This document shows positions 1 through 11,612 of a DNA stretch of 64,000 nt, in pieces. The stretch covers positions 32,001 through 96,000 of the forward strand of contig CAWJYV010000002.1 in the NCBI GenBank assembly GCA_963847185.1. The letters run 5' to 3'. Origin of the DNA: an uncultured Methanosarcinaceae archaeon (GTDB lineage: Archaea; Halobacteriota; Methanosarcinia; Methanosarcinales; Methanosarcinaceae). Positions within the stretch are counted from its first letter, which is position 1. Every line of letters begins with the position of its first letter. The notes under the pieces were generated by a model that saw only the letters and a list, made by a program, of their open reading frames with translations, searched no databases and was not told the DNA's origin. The translations under genes were made by a program, and so were the position numbers.

Positions 1-1740
1 ATACTTTTTAAGTTTTTCTTCGGGAGGCATTGTTGAACCTGCAGAGAGGTAGTCAATGTAGTTTTTGTTAAAAGTTTCCGGTTTTTCCTTATATTGTTTG
101 AAAAGGGCAAGAGTTATTGCCTTTGAAATCGCGTAGTTGAAAGTGTAATAGTTGCTCGTCAGGTAGATGTGGTTAATATAAGTCCATTCCGCAGAATCTT
201 CAGTGTAATACTCAACTGATTCACTCCTGTATTCTTTAGAGAGGTCTGTCCAGAGGACATTTAGTTCAGCTCCACTGAGCTTCCCTTTTTCAGCATATAA
301 CTGGTGTGCTTTATATTCGAATTCAGCAATCATGGGCTGGCGGGTAAAATAATTCTGATACTCCCCTATATGCTGGGCAAGCATAGCAACTGCGGTTTCC
401 TTATCAGAATTTTCTATTATATAGTCAACAAAGAGTTCTTCGTTGAAAGTAGAAGGAACCTCCATTTCGTAGATCTGACCTGTACAGTAAAGATAATCTA
501 CGGAGTTGCCCATCAAATAGAAATTGATTCCATGCCCAAGTTCATGAGTAAGGGTCTTCTGGTCACTGATAAGGCCATTATAGTTGATAAAGATCAGAGC
601 CGGAGCCTTTAAGGCATAGAGTCCGTAACAGTAACCTCCTGGCTGCTTTCCATGTTCAGGGTCAGGATAAACGTCCACGAAATTTCCAGTTACAGTATTT
701 AAAAAGATTTCGTTAAATTTGGGATCCATCCCGGAATAGGACTTCTGGATTTCCTTTAAAGCATCTGTATAAGTATAATTTTTATCAGGTTGATCAATCA
801 ACTGCAACATAAGGTCATATGGCTTGAGCGTTTCAATCCCGAGTTTATTTCTCCTAAACTCGTTATAATCTTCAAATATGCTCTTTCTCTCCTTAAAAAC
901 CGCATTCATATCATTAATCTGATCTTTCGTGAGATAGAAACCGTAGAGACTCGATTCGTAATAGTCCGGGTAGTTTAGCTCTCTTGCAACAAGGTCATCA
1001 AGTCGGGTTTTTTCAGAATAGAGAGAAGCCATCGAATCAGACTCGTTTATCAGGTGATAAAACCTCTTATCGTAGCATCTTTTCCTGTTTTCCCGGCTCT
1101 TGTCTATTGAAAGCAGAGTATTATAGGACTGGGAATTAACTGAAAATTCCTCTCCATTCTCAAGAGTTATCTTTCCTGCCATAGTGACTTTATTGGTGAT
1201 CTCAGAAAGAGCCTCAGTCTCCAGCTTCATGCGCTGATTTTCGAGATCTGCCAGATATACAGCCTGAGCTTCATTCATTGGCCTGTGCTCTATAAACCTC
1301 ATATAAGTTGCTTCAAGATAAGCCCTATACATCTTAAGTTTTGGCTCTTCGGAAAAGAGTCTGTTCCACTCCTCTTTATTTAGAGAGGTCAACTTCACGG
1401 TTGCAAATGCGTTAGCCTTTCTATATTCGGTAATCAAATCCTGAGTATTCGCAAGAAGAGAATTAAAAAACTGCTCATTCACATTTTTGCTGAGCTGAGT
1501 ATAGGCATAAACATACAGAACCTCAATGGACCTTGAAAACTCCTTATCAGCTTCCAGATATCCAAACAAAGAACCCCCGGACAAATTCTCAAACTTAACA
1601 CGGAAAGTCTCGTTTATTTCTTTTGATTTCTTTTTTAATTCCTCAAGCTTTTCCAGAGCATTTTCTCTGCTGCTGAAAAGGTAGGAATTGTTCCATTCCG
1701 TAGTAACCTCATCCGGATTAATCTCTTTAAATTGTCCCAT
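1..1740 (-). CDS. pepF: Oligoendopeptidase F (M3B family); 3' end runs off the window
   Basis: Not in the ORF track because its stop lies outside the window. The minus strand from ATG 1740 reads MGQFKEINPDEVTTEWNNSYLFSSRE..., with the zinc motif THELGHG near 530-550. Confidence 0.88.
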   Translation of the reverse strand, partial: MGQFKEINPDEVTTEWNNSYLFSSRENALEKLEELKKKSKEINETFRVKFENLSGGSLFGYLEADKEFSRSIEVLYVYAYTQLSKNVNEQFFNSLLANTQDLITEYRKANAFATVKLTSLNKEEWNRLFSEEPKLKMYRAYLEATYMRFIEHRPMNEAQAVYLADLENQRMKLETEALSEITNKVTMAGKITLENGEEFSVNSQSYNTLLSIDKSRENRKRCYDKRFYHLINESDSMASLYSEKTRLDDLVARELNYPDYYESSLYGFYLTKDQINDMNAVFKERKSIFEDYNEFRRNKLGIETLKPYDLMLQLIDQPDKNYTYTDALKEIQKSYSGMDPKFNEIFLNTVTGNFVDVYPDPEHGKQPGGYCYGLYALKAPALIFINYNGLISDQKTLTHELGHGINFYLMGNSVDYLYCTGQIYEMEVPSTFNEELFVDYIIENSDKETAVAMLAQHIGEYQNYFTRQPMIAEFEYKAHQLYAEKGKLSGAELNVLWTDLSKEYRSESVEYYTEDSAEWTYINHIYLTSNYYTFNYAISKAITLALFKQYKEKPETFNKNYIDYLSAGSTMPPEEKLKKY

Positions 1741-2049
1741 AACCTTAACTCCTTGATAACTAAAACCTATAACTGAGCTGTGACTCAATTGTGCATATAT
1801 GACTAAAAGTTTTACATACATGTGATTGAGAATATATCAGGACTGGTTCATATCAATCTAATGTTCAAAAATAATATCATAAAATCTGTTAAAATTAAAA
1901 TAAGGGTTGGATTATTTATACTTGCTCTCTCATTAAGTATTTTAAAAAAGATGACTTTTTAGAAAAAGGTAAGTTATATGAACGCTAGGAGAAATCACGG
2001 AATCCCTGCCCTTTTTATTTTTCATCCCAATTTTAGGTCAGCTTATAAA

Positions 2050-2095
2050 GGGACATCTGTTCAAAGCACTGTGGGACATCTGTTCAAAGCACTGT
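2050..2095. repeat. Perfect 23-bp tandem duplication (gggacatctgttcaaagcactgt x2)
   Basis: Two identical adjacent copies at 2050-2072 and 2073-2095. Confidence 0.9.
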
Positions 2096-2315
2096 CCATC
2101 TGATAGCTTTCATAATCACTGGACCAGTGCATATTATAGGGATCGGAATTTTAATATGGCTAATCATATGGATCTGGCAGATCTAGAATCCTACAATAAA
2201 ATGTATATGTACACTCTTTACCCAGAAAATTTCTTAAAAAAGGAGAGTTTATGAGGATATTTTTCCTCTCATGTCAGAGATAAAAGAGTAAATTTTTTTA
2301 TATAATCCAAAAAAA

Positions 2316-2723
2316 TCAGAGTATCTTTTTCCCGGCTTCTGCACCGGATTTGCACTCGTAAACTTCAGAAACCTTCATAATTGCAAGGGCTTTTGCAGGG
2401 TATCTGTCTCCCATGCTTTTGACCATTTTGTACATCTTTTCATAATCTTCCCCATCGGTCTTTACCTCAAAGTCTCCTTTTATCTGGTAGCAGCCTTTAA
2501 CTTCGGGACCCCATACGTAAATTGCTCCCCTCGGGTTTTCTTCAAGGTTCTGGCGGGTCTTATAAAAATAATTGTCTGCAATCCAGATTGTTTCCCCATC
2601 TTCCTGGAGCTTGCAAAAGCCGATAGGTACAACGTTTGGCTCTCCGCTTTTAGAAGCGGTTGCAAAGGGAAAAACCCTCATTTTTGCAAAGTCTTCTCTC
2701 ATCTGGTCGTTCAGTTTTACCAT
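2316..2723 (-). CDS. Pyridoxamine 5'-phosphate oxidase-like FMN-binding protein
   Basis: Motifs ATASKSGEPNVVP and KTRQNLEENP of the FMN-binding split barrel; lies downstream of pdxST. Confidence 0.85.
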   Translation of the reverse strand: MVKLNDQMREDFAKMRVFPFATASKSGEPNVVPIGFCKLQEDGETIWIADNYFYKTRQNLEENPRGAIYVWGPEVKGCYQIKGDFEVKTDGEDYEKMYKMVKSMGDRYPAKALAIMKVSEVYECKSGAEAGKKIL

Positions 2724-2885
2724 TTAATTACCCCTTTATAGAATCAGTTTTTATTAATATGGCTGCAATCACTATATAACTTTGAAGCATCAACAGAAAA
2801 AGGTCAAGAAAGTTTATTCAGTTCTATATTAATGAAAAAAGGGGTAAGAAAAGGACCGAAATTTAGTCCGAAAATATGTAGAATC

Positions 2886-3497
2886 TTAACAATTGAAAAT
2901 CTTATCCAGGAAATACTGGTGGATTCTAAGGTCCTCGGTTAATTCAGGATGGAAAGAAAGAGCCAGCACATTTCCCTGCTCTGCAGCAATTATCAGATCA
3001 TCAAGTTTTGAAAGTACACGCACATCAGGTCCACAGCCTACAATTGCAGGAGCCCTGATAAACACTCCGGTAAAAGAAGAATCGAGAACATCAACTTTAA
3101 GTTCTGCCTCAAAAGAATCCCTCTGCCTTCCAAAAGCGTTCCTGTTAACTCTCGTATCCATAATTCCAAGCAGTTCCTGACTTGTTTTTTCTACCTGTTC
3201 ATCCCCTTCCTTTGCAAGCACAATCAACCCTGCACAGGTCCCAAGAATAGGAACTCCCCTCTCAACCGCAGCCTTAATCTCTTCCGCAATTCCCTCACGG
3301 GCCAGCAGCCTGCAAAGCGTAGTACTCTCCCCGCCAGGAATCACAATCCCACTGCATACCGGAACAATTCCCTTATGCTTTATCGCAACTACCTCTGCCT
3401 CTACCCCTCTTTCCTTAAGGGCTCTTCTTAAAGCATCAACGTGCTCAGAAACCGCTCCTTGAATAGCGATTACACCTATCTTCATAAAAAACACCAT
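2886..3497 (-). CDS. pdxT: PLP synthase glutaminase subunit
   Basis: Motifs IPGGESTT, GTCAGLI, RNAFGRQ, FIRAP and FHPELT. Confidence 0.97.
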   Translation of the reverse strand: MVFFMKIGVIAIQGAVSEHVDALRRALKERGVEAEVVAIKHKGIVPVCSGIVIPGGESTTLCRLLAREGIAEEIKAAVERGVPILGTCAGLIVLAKEGDEQVEKTSQELLGIMDTRVNRNAFGRQRDSFEAELKVDVLDSSFTGVFIRAPAIVGCGPDVRVLSKLDDLIIAAEQGNVLALSFHPELTEDLRIHQYFLDKIFNC

Positions 3498-3760
3498 TTT
3501 CAGAAAACTTTTTAATTATTGAATCAAAAAATTGAAAAAATCTAATTGATTTTTTCTTACAGTCCTGTAAGAAGTATCTATTTTTAAGAATTAAACTTGT
3601 TTGTGTAACTGAAATTAAATATAATTTCCCTAAATTACCCGCTTGAAAAAGCGAAAATGAAATTTACTTCCCCAAATTAGTCCTCTTGAACGTAGTGAAA
3701 TTAATTTAATCTCTCAAGGTCAATCCAATTAGGGAAGTTAAATAAAATTCTAAGCCATAA

Positions 3761-3848
3761 ATTAGTCCTCTTGAGCGAGCAAAGCGAGTGAAAAGGACCG
3801 CGTACTCCCGAGGCGCAATTCGGGCGAGGCGCAATTCGGGTATCTCCC
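3761..3848. repeat. GC-rich REP-like intergenic element with an internal tandem repeat (gaggcgcaattcggg x2)
   Basis: attagtcctcttga occurs at about 3677 and at 3761; aaaaggaccg also occurs near 2849; the tandem gaggcgcaattcggg spans about 3810-3840. Confidence 0.55.
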
Positions 3849-3865
3849 GTCGGGATTTTGGCTGT

Positions 3866-4762
3866 TTACCACCCGCGTTCCTGGAGAGCTTCTGCAGCAG
3901 GGATCATATCTGCGCTGATGCCTTTCATGCCTGCACCCACGCCTTTTGAGATTTCTGCTAGTTTTGCAGGGTTGTCAAAGTTGTTGACTGCTTCAACAAT
4001 TGCCTTTGCCATCTTTTCAGGGTTTTCGGCTTTGAAAATTCCTGAGCCCACAAAAACTCCGTCTGCTCCAAGGCGCATCATAAGTGCTGCATCTGCAGGA
4101 GTTGCAACTCCGCCTGCTGCAAAGTTTACTACCGGAAGGCGCTGCATTTTTGCGGTTTCGACAACAAGTTCTATAGGAGCTTCTATTTCCCTTGCAACCA
4201 GAATGAGTTCTTCTTTGGTTTTTCCGGCAAGGGCACGGATTTCTCCCTGAATCTGCTTCATGTGCTTTACTGCCTGGCTGACATCTCCTGTTCCGGCTTC
4301 TCCTTTTGTCCGGATCATGGCTGCCCCTTCATTAATTCTGCGAAGAGCTTCTCCAAGGTTTCTGGCTCCGCAGACAAAAGGAACGGTAAACTGTGTCTTG
4401 TCTATGTGGTAGTAAGGGTCAGCAGGGGTCAGGACTTCTGATTCGTCCACCATGTCAACGCCAAGGGCTTCTAGAATTTCAGCCTCTACGAAATGTCCGA
4501 TCCTGGCTTTTGCCATTACAGGTATTGTGACCGTATCAATGATTTTTTGAACGATTTCAGGGTCTGCCATCCGGGCAACTCCCCCGGCTTTCCTGATATC
4601 TGCAGGGACAGCCTGAAGAGCCATAACGGCAACTGCTCCGGCTTCTTCTGCGATCCGGGCCTGTTCGGGAGTTGTAACGTCCATGATCACACCCCCTTTC
4701 TGCATCCGTGCAAAGCCCCGCTTGATAAGTTCGGTCCCGTGTCGTAATTTTTCGAAGTCCAT
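3866..4762 (-). CDS. pdxS: PLP synthase lyase subunit
   Basis: Motifs [29 protein letters not shown] and [13 protein letters not shown]; probable start MDFEKLR at 4762. Confidence 0.97.
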   Translation of the reverse strand: MDFEKLRHGTELIKRGFARMQKGGVIMDVTTPEQARIAEEAGAVAVMALQAVPADIRKAGGVARMADPEIVQKIIDTVTIPVMAKARIGHFVEAEILEALGVDMVDESEVLTPADPYYHIDKTQFTVPFVCGARNLGEALRRINEGAAMIRTKGEAGTGDVSQAVKHMKQIQGEIRALAGKTKEELILVAREIEAPIELVVETAKMQRLPVVNFAAGGVATPADAALMMRLGADGVFVGSGIFKAENPEKMAKAIVEAVNNFDNPAKLAEISKGVGAGMKGISADMIPAAEALQERGW

Positions 4763-5381
4763 GAATGTCATCCTCTCTGTTTTCATCTGCTTTTAAGGTA
4801 TATGCCGTGGGAACCCTTTTAAGAGTGAAACGGCCATTTAGTTATTTCTATTAATTGCAACCAACAGGTTACGATTTCAGTTTAATATATCTACAGCGAA
4901 TTGTGAATACGCTCAATAGTTAAAAGCATTATTTAAGTTATTCCTTAATGAAAGAGTACAGGAAAAATTAATTTGTAAAGATTTAAAATTTATCTTAGTT
5001 TTCCAATAATAAACCGTATTTTTTGCACCTGTTAGATCAATCCCTATTTTTAAAACCAATAATACTACAGACCTTACTGCAAATATTTGCTATTTTTTGA
5101 ACTTTAATTTTGCAGTATGATAATTACTATTTCAGTCTTCATATAATATATATGATTCCTATTATTTTTTATATATAAAGTTTCCTCTGGATCGAGGAAC
5201 AATAAGGGGTTTAAGTATTCCAGAATTATCGGAGCATGAAATTATAATAGGATTCGGACACAGAAATAGACACACCTCAACACTATGCTTAAACTTTCTA
5301 AAAGGCCGGATAAAATACTGGTCCTAAAAAATATCTAAAGGGCCGAATTGAACTTTTTAATAACTTTATGTTATTACCCAG

Positions 5382-6430
5382 TTATTCCACCAGTGTTTTT
5401 AAAGGCTTATAACCTTCATCATCTCTCGCATAGAGACCAAGCTTTGTACAGACAGCTACTGAAATCCAGATTGTAAATGAAGGAATAAAAGTTTTTATAA
5501 ACTCAATTAACGTGAAGTTAAGGTAACTAATTGCTCCTGAAACTTCAAACATGGTATTCAGAAAGACGGAAGATACTCCAAATAACACAAAAGCAATAAA
5601 CATTCTTGAAGTCCTCTGCATTGCATTTCCCGCGTTATCTGGTAACCCTTTTCGTATAACAAGAACGTATGCAAGATTCGTCCCGAGGAAAAATCCTGCT
5701 GCATCGGGACTTATTAAAGATAGGGCTGTGAGAAGGATAGGGATGACAAACATAAAGGAATAAAAAAGCAAATTCTGGAGTCTGAATGTGAATTCAAAAC
5801 TTTGTTTTTCAAAAAAATCACCTTTCAGAGAGCTATTCAAAAAATGAGTAAATATTATAAGGGAAATTAACCCCACAGGTGGCTCCTCCCAGTACATCTC
5901 CCAGAAAATGTCTTCCCAGATACATTCTCGAAAAAGCCATAAGTATGATCGCTAAAGGGGTCATTTTTTTTATCATTCTACTGTTAAAAAGAGTGGAAAT
6001 TCCTCCCCAAAGCGCAGCAGTCAGTGCAACATGTCCTGAAGGAAAACCAAAAGGGGAGTGCATAAAATTTATCTTGAAGACGAAAGGCTTCAAGGATCTG
6101 TTTATCAGGAAATTGGAATATACCTTCAGGTCCATTTCCACTAAAAAGTGAAGTGTTTTTTATTCCATACTCCAGATTAACAACTCTATTATCTACAAAA
6201 TCCGGTCTTGGAAAAGCGATTAAAGTTTTCAGGGTCTCGGTAATCATCCCTGTCCACAATAATAGCTGAAATAGAAGAAAACCTTTTTTAAAATCGATAC
6301 CGAAAGTAATCATAATTATCAGGACAGCAAAGAAAGAAGAAGATCCCATACTGGTTATCAAAATCATAAGCAATGTAAGCCATTCATTTCCAAGGGATTG
6401 CAGGTAGAGAATAGGTTCAGTCTGAAACAT
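5382..6430 (-). pseudogene. PAP2-family membrane phosphatase split by two frameshifts (possibly sequencing errors)
   Basis: Three overlapping ORFs carry the PAP2 motifs in order: KTLIAFPRP (5984-6430), then FPSGH and SRMYLGRHFLGDV (5833-6141), then the C-terminal TM segments (5382-5897). Confidence 0.8.
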
Positions 6431-6719
6431 CTGTATAGCTCCCAGAAAAGACCTTTTTCTGGACTTGATACTTGATTATAGAATTTAATTTCATTCTCAG
6501 AGGCGGGCAAAATTAAAAGCTTTTTCTTATTTTTTTGAAGTCTTTTGATCCAAAAAAACCGGTACTTGAAAAATCTGCTTTTTAGCTATTGATATTACAG
6601 GAACTAGCAGTTGTGCAAAATACGATTATCAGGATTACTTTTTTAAAAAAACGAATCCTTATTATTATATCCTATGAAATATAAATCATTATTTTATATA
6701 CTGAGTTATACCTGATTGA

Positions 6720-6820
6720 TTTCCAGTTAATTTTCGGTTAATTTTCAGTAAATTGAGGGTAATTTCCAATTAATTTTCAGTTGATTTCAGTTAAATTAGA
6801 GGTAATTTCCAGTTATTAAG
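6720..6820. repeat. Degenerate ~11-bp periodic repeat (ttttcagttaa-like)
   Basis: Successive units ttccagttaa, ttttcggttaa, ttttcagtaaa, tttccaattaa and ttttcagttga upstream of the dienelactone hydrolase gene. Confidence 0.55.
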
Positions 6821-6941
6821 ATAGATTCAGGTTTGAGAAAAACTCAGATATGAAAAGAATATACAGGAATTTCTCTTATTCCGGAAATAGAATACTACAT
6901 GTGTACTAAATTTTCTGACATAAATATTGCGAGGGGGTTAA

Positions 6942-7781
6942 ATGAATTTAATAAATAAGCTACTTTTGACTTTGCTTATTGTAGGTTTACTTGGAACTTT
7001 AGGTTGTGCATATTCCTCTAACTCTAACCGTGAACTAGCTTTAGAGGCAGAGACTGATGATATGGAAGCTGCGGACAGTACGGTTCAGATCCAGACTGCC
7101 ACAGTCAACATTACGACTGAAAACCAGACTTATCAGGCCTATACCGCAGCACCAGCTGCAGAAGGGAATTTCCCTGCCATAGTACTTATTCATTCATTTA
7201 AAGGGTTTGAACATGGCTATCAAAAAATGGTAGACGAAATGGCTACCGATGGATATGTTGTAGTCGCTCCTTTCTGGCAGACCTATTCCCAGTCTCCATC
7301 TGATGCAGAAGTAGGAGCTCTCATAAAAGGAAGTCTGGATTACCTTGAAGAAAGGAAAGACGTTAATTCCGATAAAATGGGTCTGACTGGATTTTGTGCA
7401 GGGGGAAGGTATACGATGCTGTTCTTACCCCAGATAAAGGATTTCAAGTCTGGAGTTGCATGGTATGGTTTTCCTTACACAGGCGGAACTGATGTCCAGC
7501 CAGAAAAGCCTTCAAACCTGATTGTTCAGCTTGATGCGCCTCTGCTTATGATACATGGCAGCCAGGACCAAATAAGTAATGTCTCAAGCATATACAAGTA
7601 CGCAGGAGAACTTGACGCAGCAGACAAGTATTTCGAACTGAAGGTTTACCAGGGAGAACCTCACGGTTTCATGATTACAGAAAGAGGAGATCTTTCGGAA
7701 AGTTTTGTTTCACAGGATGCATATAAGGAAATGATAGTTTTCTTTGACAGGACGCTGAAAAATTCAGCTCATAATTTCTGA
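6942..7781 (+). CDS. Dienelactone hydrolase family protein, probably a lipoprotein
   Basis: GFCAGG nucleophile motif, HGSQD and HGF motifs; N-terminal hydrophobic segment ending LGC. Confidence 0.9.
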   Translation: MNLINKLLLTLLIVGLLGTLGCAYSSNSNRELALEAETDDMEAADSTVQIQTATVNITTENQTYQAYTAAPAAEGNFPAIVLIHSFKGFEHGYQKMVDEMATDGYVVVAPFWQTYSQSPSDAEVGALIKGSLDYLEERKDVNSDKMGLTGFCAGGRYTMLFLPQIKDFKSGVAWYGFPYTGGTDVQPEKPSNLIVQLDAPLLMIHGSQDQISNVSSIYKYAGELDAADKYFELKVYQGEPHGFMITERGDLSESFVSQDAYKEMIVFFDRTLKNSAHNF

Positions 7782-8045
7782 AGGCGTATTTAACCTAACT
7801 AATCAGAATCTAAGTAATTTGCCGTTGTAAAAAACCACTATATGCATTGAGTGCTTTTTCATGTTTATTTGAGCACATATATATTTTTATTCAATCAAAA
7901 AACTTTTTTTTGAATCTAATACCTAATTTTCATTATTCCAGGATGTGAAGATAACTTTGGAATTCTTGAATACGATTTTTCAAAAAAGGAATATAATCCC
8001 AATTATATATTATTAAATATAAACTTGCGCCAGGAACAGGAACCT

Positions 8046-9254
8046 ATGGTAAATACTTTCCCACATTGGAATCGGCCTTCTTCTTTCCTATTCTCTGGGC
8101 TTTAAAGGAAAAAAAGATTAGCTTTAGTGCTTCTTTCTATACTTCCTGACCTTGATTATTTTACCTATTCCGTATTTACTCTCATCATCCATAGCGTAAG
8201 CCATGAAACCCGAAATCAACTTTTCTACCTGTTCGGCCACAGGGAGTTTACACACTCGATTTTTTTGCATTCCTAGTAGCACTTTTCATATGGGTAAAAA
8301 CTAGAGACAAGCGTTTCACTTTTGGAGGATTTCAGGCCGTTTTCCTGCATGTTCTGATTGATTATACGACAAGTGCAAAATGCGTCCCTTCTATCCGCTC
8401 AGCACAAATGAGTCAGCTCTCAGAGCCATTTATCCCTTTGATCCGGTAGTAAATATACTTCCTCTGTTTCCTCTTTTCATCGTGACTGCCCAATATTTGA
8501 AAAACAGGCGTTGGTGGAGTCTTAAAAGTAAAGACAAAAGGGATTTGAGAATAGGAAATAGACGGAGTATTAAAAGTGAGAAATGGAGAATAAGTGAGAA
8601 ATGGAGAATTGGAAGTGAAATCTGGACATTAAATGCAGGGATATTTGGAGCATTAAAAGCAGAGACATAGTGAACAGAAATTGAGTAGAATAAATGTTTT
8701 TCATGGCTTTGTAAAAGGGAATGAAAGAAACTTTACGCCTCCCTAATATTAGCTCTCCTTATCTGGGTTACAATATTGCCAGTTGCAAAAACAGTTCTTT
8801 TAGACCATATTTCTGATACAGAGGGAGCCAGAATAAGTTACAAGAACACCTATCCTGTATCCCCTGGAAAGTTCCTTGCAGCGTATCCGCACGATGCTAC
8901 CCATTATAAACTTCTGGAACTAAGCTACTGGTCAGGAATCGAAAAAAGCTTTTATGTCGAAAAAGTTTCAGTAACAGGTAATATTCCTGACGCTTCTGTT
9001 CACGCCGGAAAAGCCGGAAAGCTCTATAGTAACTCAGTACCTCAGGCAATTGATTATCCTGTTTATGCAGTTTCCAAGGAAAAGGATTAGTAACAGTTAT
9101 TTTGAGCGATGCCAGAAATCCATACGTTGATAAATGGCCTTATTTCGATACAGTTTACAGGTTCGTTTTTGACAGGAAAAACGGAGAGTATGAGGTTTAT
9201 GAGAGCCATTATGGGAGAGCGGAAAAAAAGCTTGACAAGAACTACTTTGAGTAA
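8046..9254 (+). pseudogene. Degraded paralog of the YdjM-like metal-dependent membrane hydrolase at 10494
   Basis: Fragments (MVNT..., LPDLDY, GHREFTHS, MRPFYPLS, SPGKFLAAYP, IDYPVY) are collinear with the 350-aa ORF. It has several frameshifts and stops and a purine-rich repeat insertion at about 8520-8690. Confidence 0.85.
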
Positions 9255-9398
9255 CTCAAATAAAATAGAATGAATTAAATATAATTTCAGTTCTGATAAA
9301 AAAGTGTTATTTCCGATTACCTTTAAAATAAAAAAGTAATTGGAAAATATAATCGGATGAGATAAATCTGAAATAAGCCGTTTAAAACAAAATTTTAA

Positions 9399-10010
9399 TT
9401 ATTTCCGCATTTTCTTGAAGTAATTGTCGATTTCTTCCCAGTTTACAATATTCCAGAACGCTTCTATGAATTTTGCCCTGTCATTCCTGTAATCAACATA
9501 GTAAGCATGTTCCCAGGTATCCAGAGCCATAATTATCGGATAATCAGGGACCACGTTTACATTATGCTTCTCTATCTGCATAATCATGAGCCTTTCTGTG
9601 TCTTTACAGTAAGTTAATGCCGCCCATCCTGATCCCTCCACAGTTGATGCAACCTGGGAAAACTCCTTTTTAAATCTGTCAAAGCCTCCGAAGTTTTCTT
9701 TGATTACTTCAGATAACTCCCCAACAGGTTCTTTGCTTGAATTGCTTGCAGGGGTCATCTCCCACCAGAAGTAATCGTGAAGAACATGCCCTGCAAGGTT
9801 AAAAGACAGGTTTTTTGCAGCTGCCTTATAATCAAAGTCAGTTCCTTCTTTCCTTGCTTTATCCATCATCTCTATAGCTGCATTTGCGTTAGTCACATAA
9901 GCCTGATGGTGTTTATCGTGGTGTAGCCTGAGTTGCTCTTCGGAAATATAAGGTGCCAGATCTCCATATCCATATTTCAAAGGCGGTAATTTGTATAAAC
10001 CTTTAGCCAT
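9399..10010 (-). CDS. sod: Fe/Mn superoxide dismutase
   Basis: Motifs LHHDKHHQAYV, GHVLHDYFW, GSGWA and DTWEHAYY; probable start MAKGLY at 10010. Confidence 0.96.
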   Translation of the reverse strand: MAKGLYKLPPLKYGYGDLAPYISEEQLRLHHDKHHQAYVTNANAAIEMMDKARKEGTDFDYKAAAKNLSFNLAGHVLHDYFWWEMTPASNSSKEPVGELSEVIKENFGGFDRFKKEFSQVASTVEGSGWAALTYCKDTERLMIMQIEKHNVNVVPDYPIIMALDTWEHAYYVDYRNDRAKFIEAFWNIVNWEEIDNYFKKMRK

Positions 10011-10493
10011 ATTATCTACCCTCTTTATAATCCTCTTATAATCAACTGGTTTCACAAAACTTGTTCAAGAGTCTGGATCCAAATACAAATCTATACTTTC
10101 CAGTTAAAGAGATCCCGAAGATATCCTGAAGAGATCCAAAGAAATTCCATTACAAGTTCTGCCCTGCTAACCAATTTTCCCCTTAACTCTGTTAACAGAA
10201 ATACATCTTCAAAGTGCTCTGTTACAAACGATTTTGTCGCTAAACGCTTTTCGCTGTGAAGCACTCTACTTTAAGCTTCTTCAAACACATATCAAATTGC
10301 GTCTGGCAATTCAAATGTAAAATATAATTATACATCGAACCTATTTAAAGTTAAAAGATACTACTTATAGATATTTTTGAAGAAAGGTATTTAGAATATC
10401 CATCAAATATTTGACGTATTAAAAATAAAACATAAGTAAAAAGAAAAAATAAAAATGAAATAAAAGAAGAAAAAAAGTTTTTCAGGACAAAAA

Positions 10494-11546
10494 ATGGTAA
10501 ATACACTCTCCCATCTTGGTGTCGGCCTTCTGATCGCTCTTGCCCTTGGCTTTAAAGGAAAAAAGCGAAATACTCTGGCTTTTCTGGCAATTCTTCCTGA
10601 TCTTGACTTCATCCCATACATTCTGTTTGCCATTGTCAGCGGAAGCGTGAGCCATGAGACACGAAACCAGCTTTTTTATCTGCTAGGCCACAGGGAATTT
10701 ATGCACTCAATTCTTTTCATTTTGCTTGTCGTGCTTTTTATCTGGCTTAAAACAAAAGACCGTTTATTTACAGCTGCCGGTTTTGCAGCTATTTTTTCCC
10801 ACAGCTACCTTGATTACGCCACAAGCTGGAAAATGCGTCCCCTCTACCCTTTCAGTACAGATGCATCCATTATGGGAGCCATCTACTTCTTCGACCCGCT
10901 GGCAAACCTAATTCCCCTGATCCCTGTCTTTGTTTTACTCGTAGCCTTTATGAAAAACCGGGGGAAATGGAACGGAAATTTCAACAACTTCTGTACTTTT
11001 GTCACGCAAAACAGGAGCAAATTCTATTTCACCCTCCTTATTGTGCTTCTGATCTGGCTAACAGTTTTGCCTGTGGCAAAGTTATTCCTTGTGAAAAATA
11101 TTTCTGATAGCGAGGGCGCAAAAATCAGCTACCAGGACACCTATCCATCTTCTCCCGGAAAATTCCTTGCAGCGTATCCCTACAACTCTACACATTACAG
11201 GATTATGGAAGTAAGCTACTGGTCAGGGATCGAGAAAAGCGATGTTGTCGAGATAATTTCCGTGACCGGTCACATTCCCGATGCTTCAGCCTATGTTGAA
11301 AGAGTCGAAAAACTCTATAGCACAGCTGTCCCACAGGAAATCGATTATCCTGTCTATACCGTCTCGGAAGAAAACGGTTCGGTAACTGTTGTGTTGAGCG
11401 ATGCAAGAGATCCGTATGTTGAATACTGGGCTTATTTCAAAACAGTTTACAGGTTCGTATTTGATAAAGAAAGCGGGGATTATGTTGCCTATGCTAGTAT
11501 GCAGGAGGAGAAAGAGGAGAAATTAGAGGAGAATTGGTTTGAGTGA
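10494..11546 (+). CDS. YdjM-like membrane-bound metal-dependent hydrolase
   Basis: Motifs LSH, LPDLD, HREFMHS and SHSYLD, plus several TM helices. Confidence 0.85.
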   Translation: MVNTLSHLGVGLLIALALGFKGKKRNTLAFLAILPDLDFIPYILFAIVSGSVSHETRNQLFYLLGHREFMHSILFILLVVLFIWLKTKDRLFTAAGFAAIFSHSYLDYATSWKMRPLYPFSTDASIMGAIYFFDPLANLIPLIPVFVLLVAFMKNRGKWNGNFNNFCTFVTQNRSKFYFTLLIVLLIWLTVLPVAKLFLVKNISDSEGAKISYQDTYPSSPGKFLAAYPYNSTHYRIMEVSYWSGIEKSDVVEIISVTGHIPDASAYVERVEKLYSTAVPQEIDYPVYTVSEENGSVTVVLSDARDPYVEYWAYFKTVYRFVFDKESGDYVAYASMQEEKEEKLEENWFE

Positions 11547-11612
11547 AAAATCTCGGGAACTATAACATTTTTTGAATATTTTATTGTGTTCTATACTCAA
11601 TTTAAAGAGATA

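Noticed and set aside
304-978. Plus-strand ORFs 304-612 and 790-978
   Set aside because: They are antisense shadows of the pepF gene.
2050-2095. 23-bp direct repeat considered as a mini-CRISPR
   Set aside because: Only two adjacent copies with no spacer and no cas genes. I saw no CRISPR array anywhere in the window.
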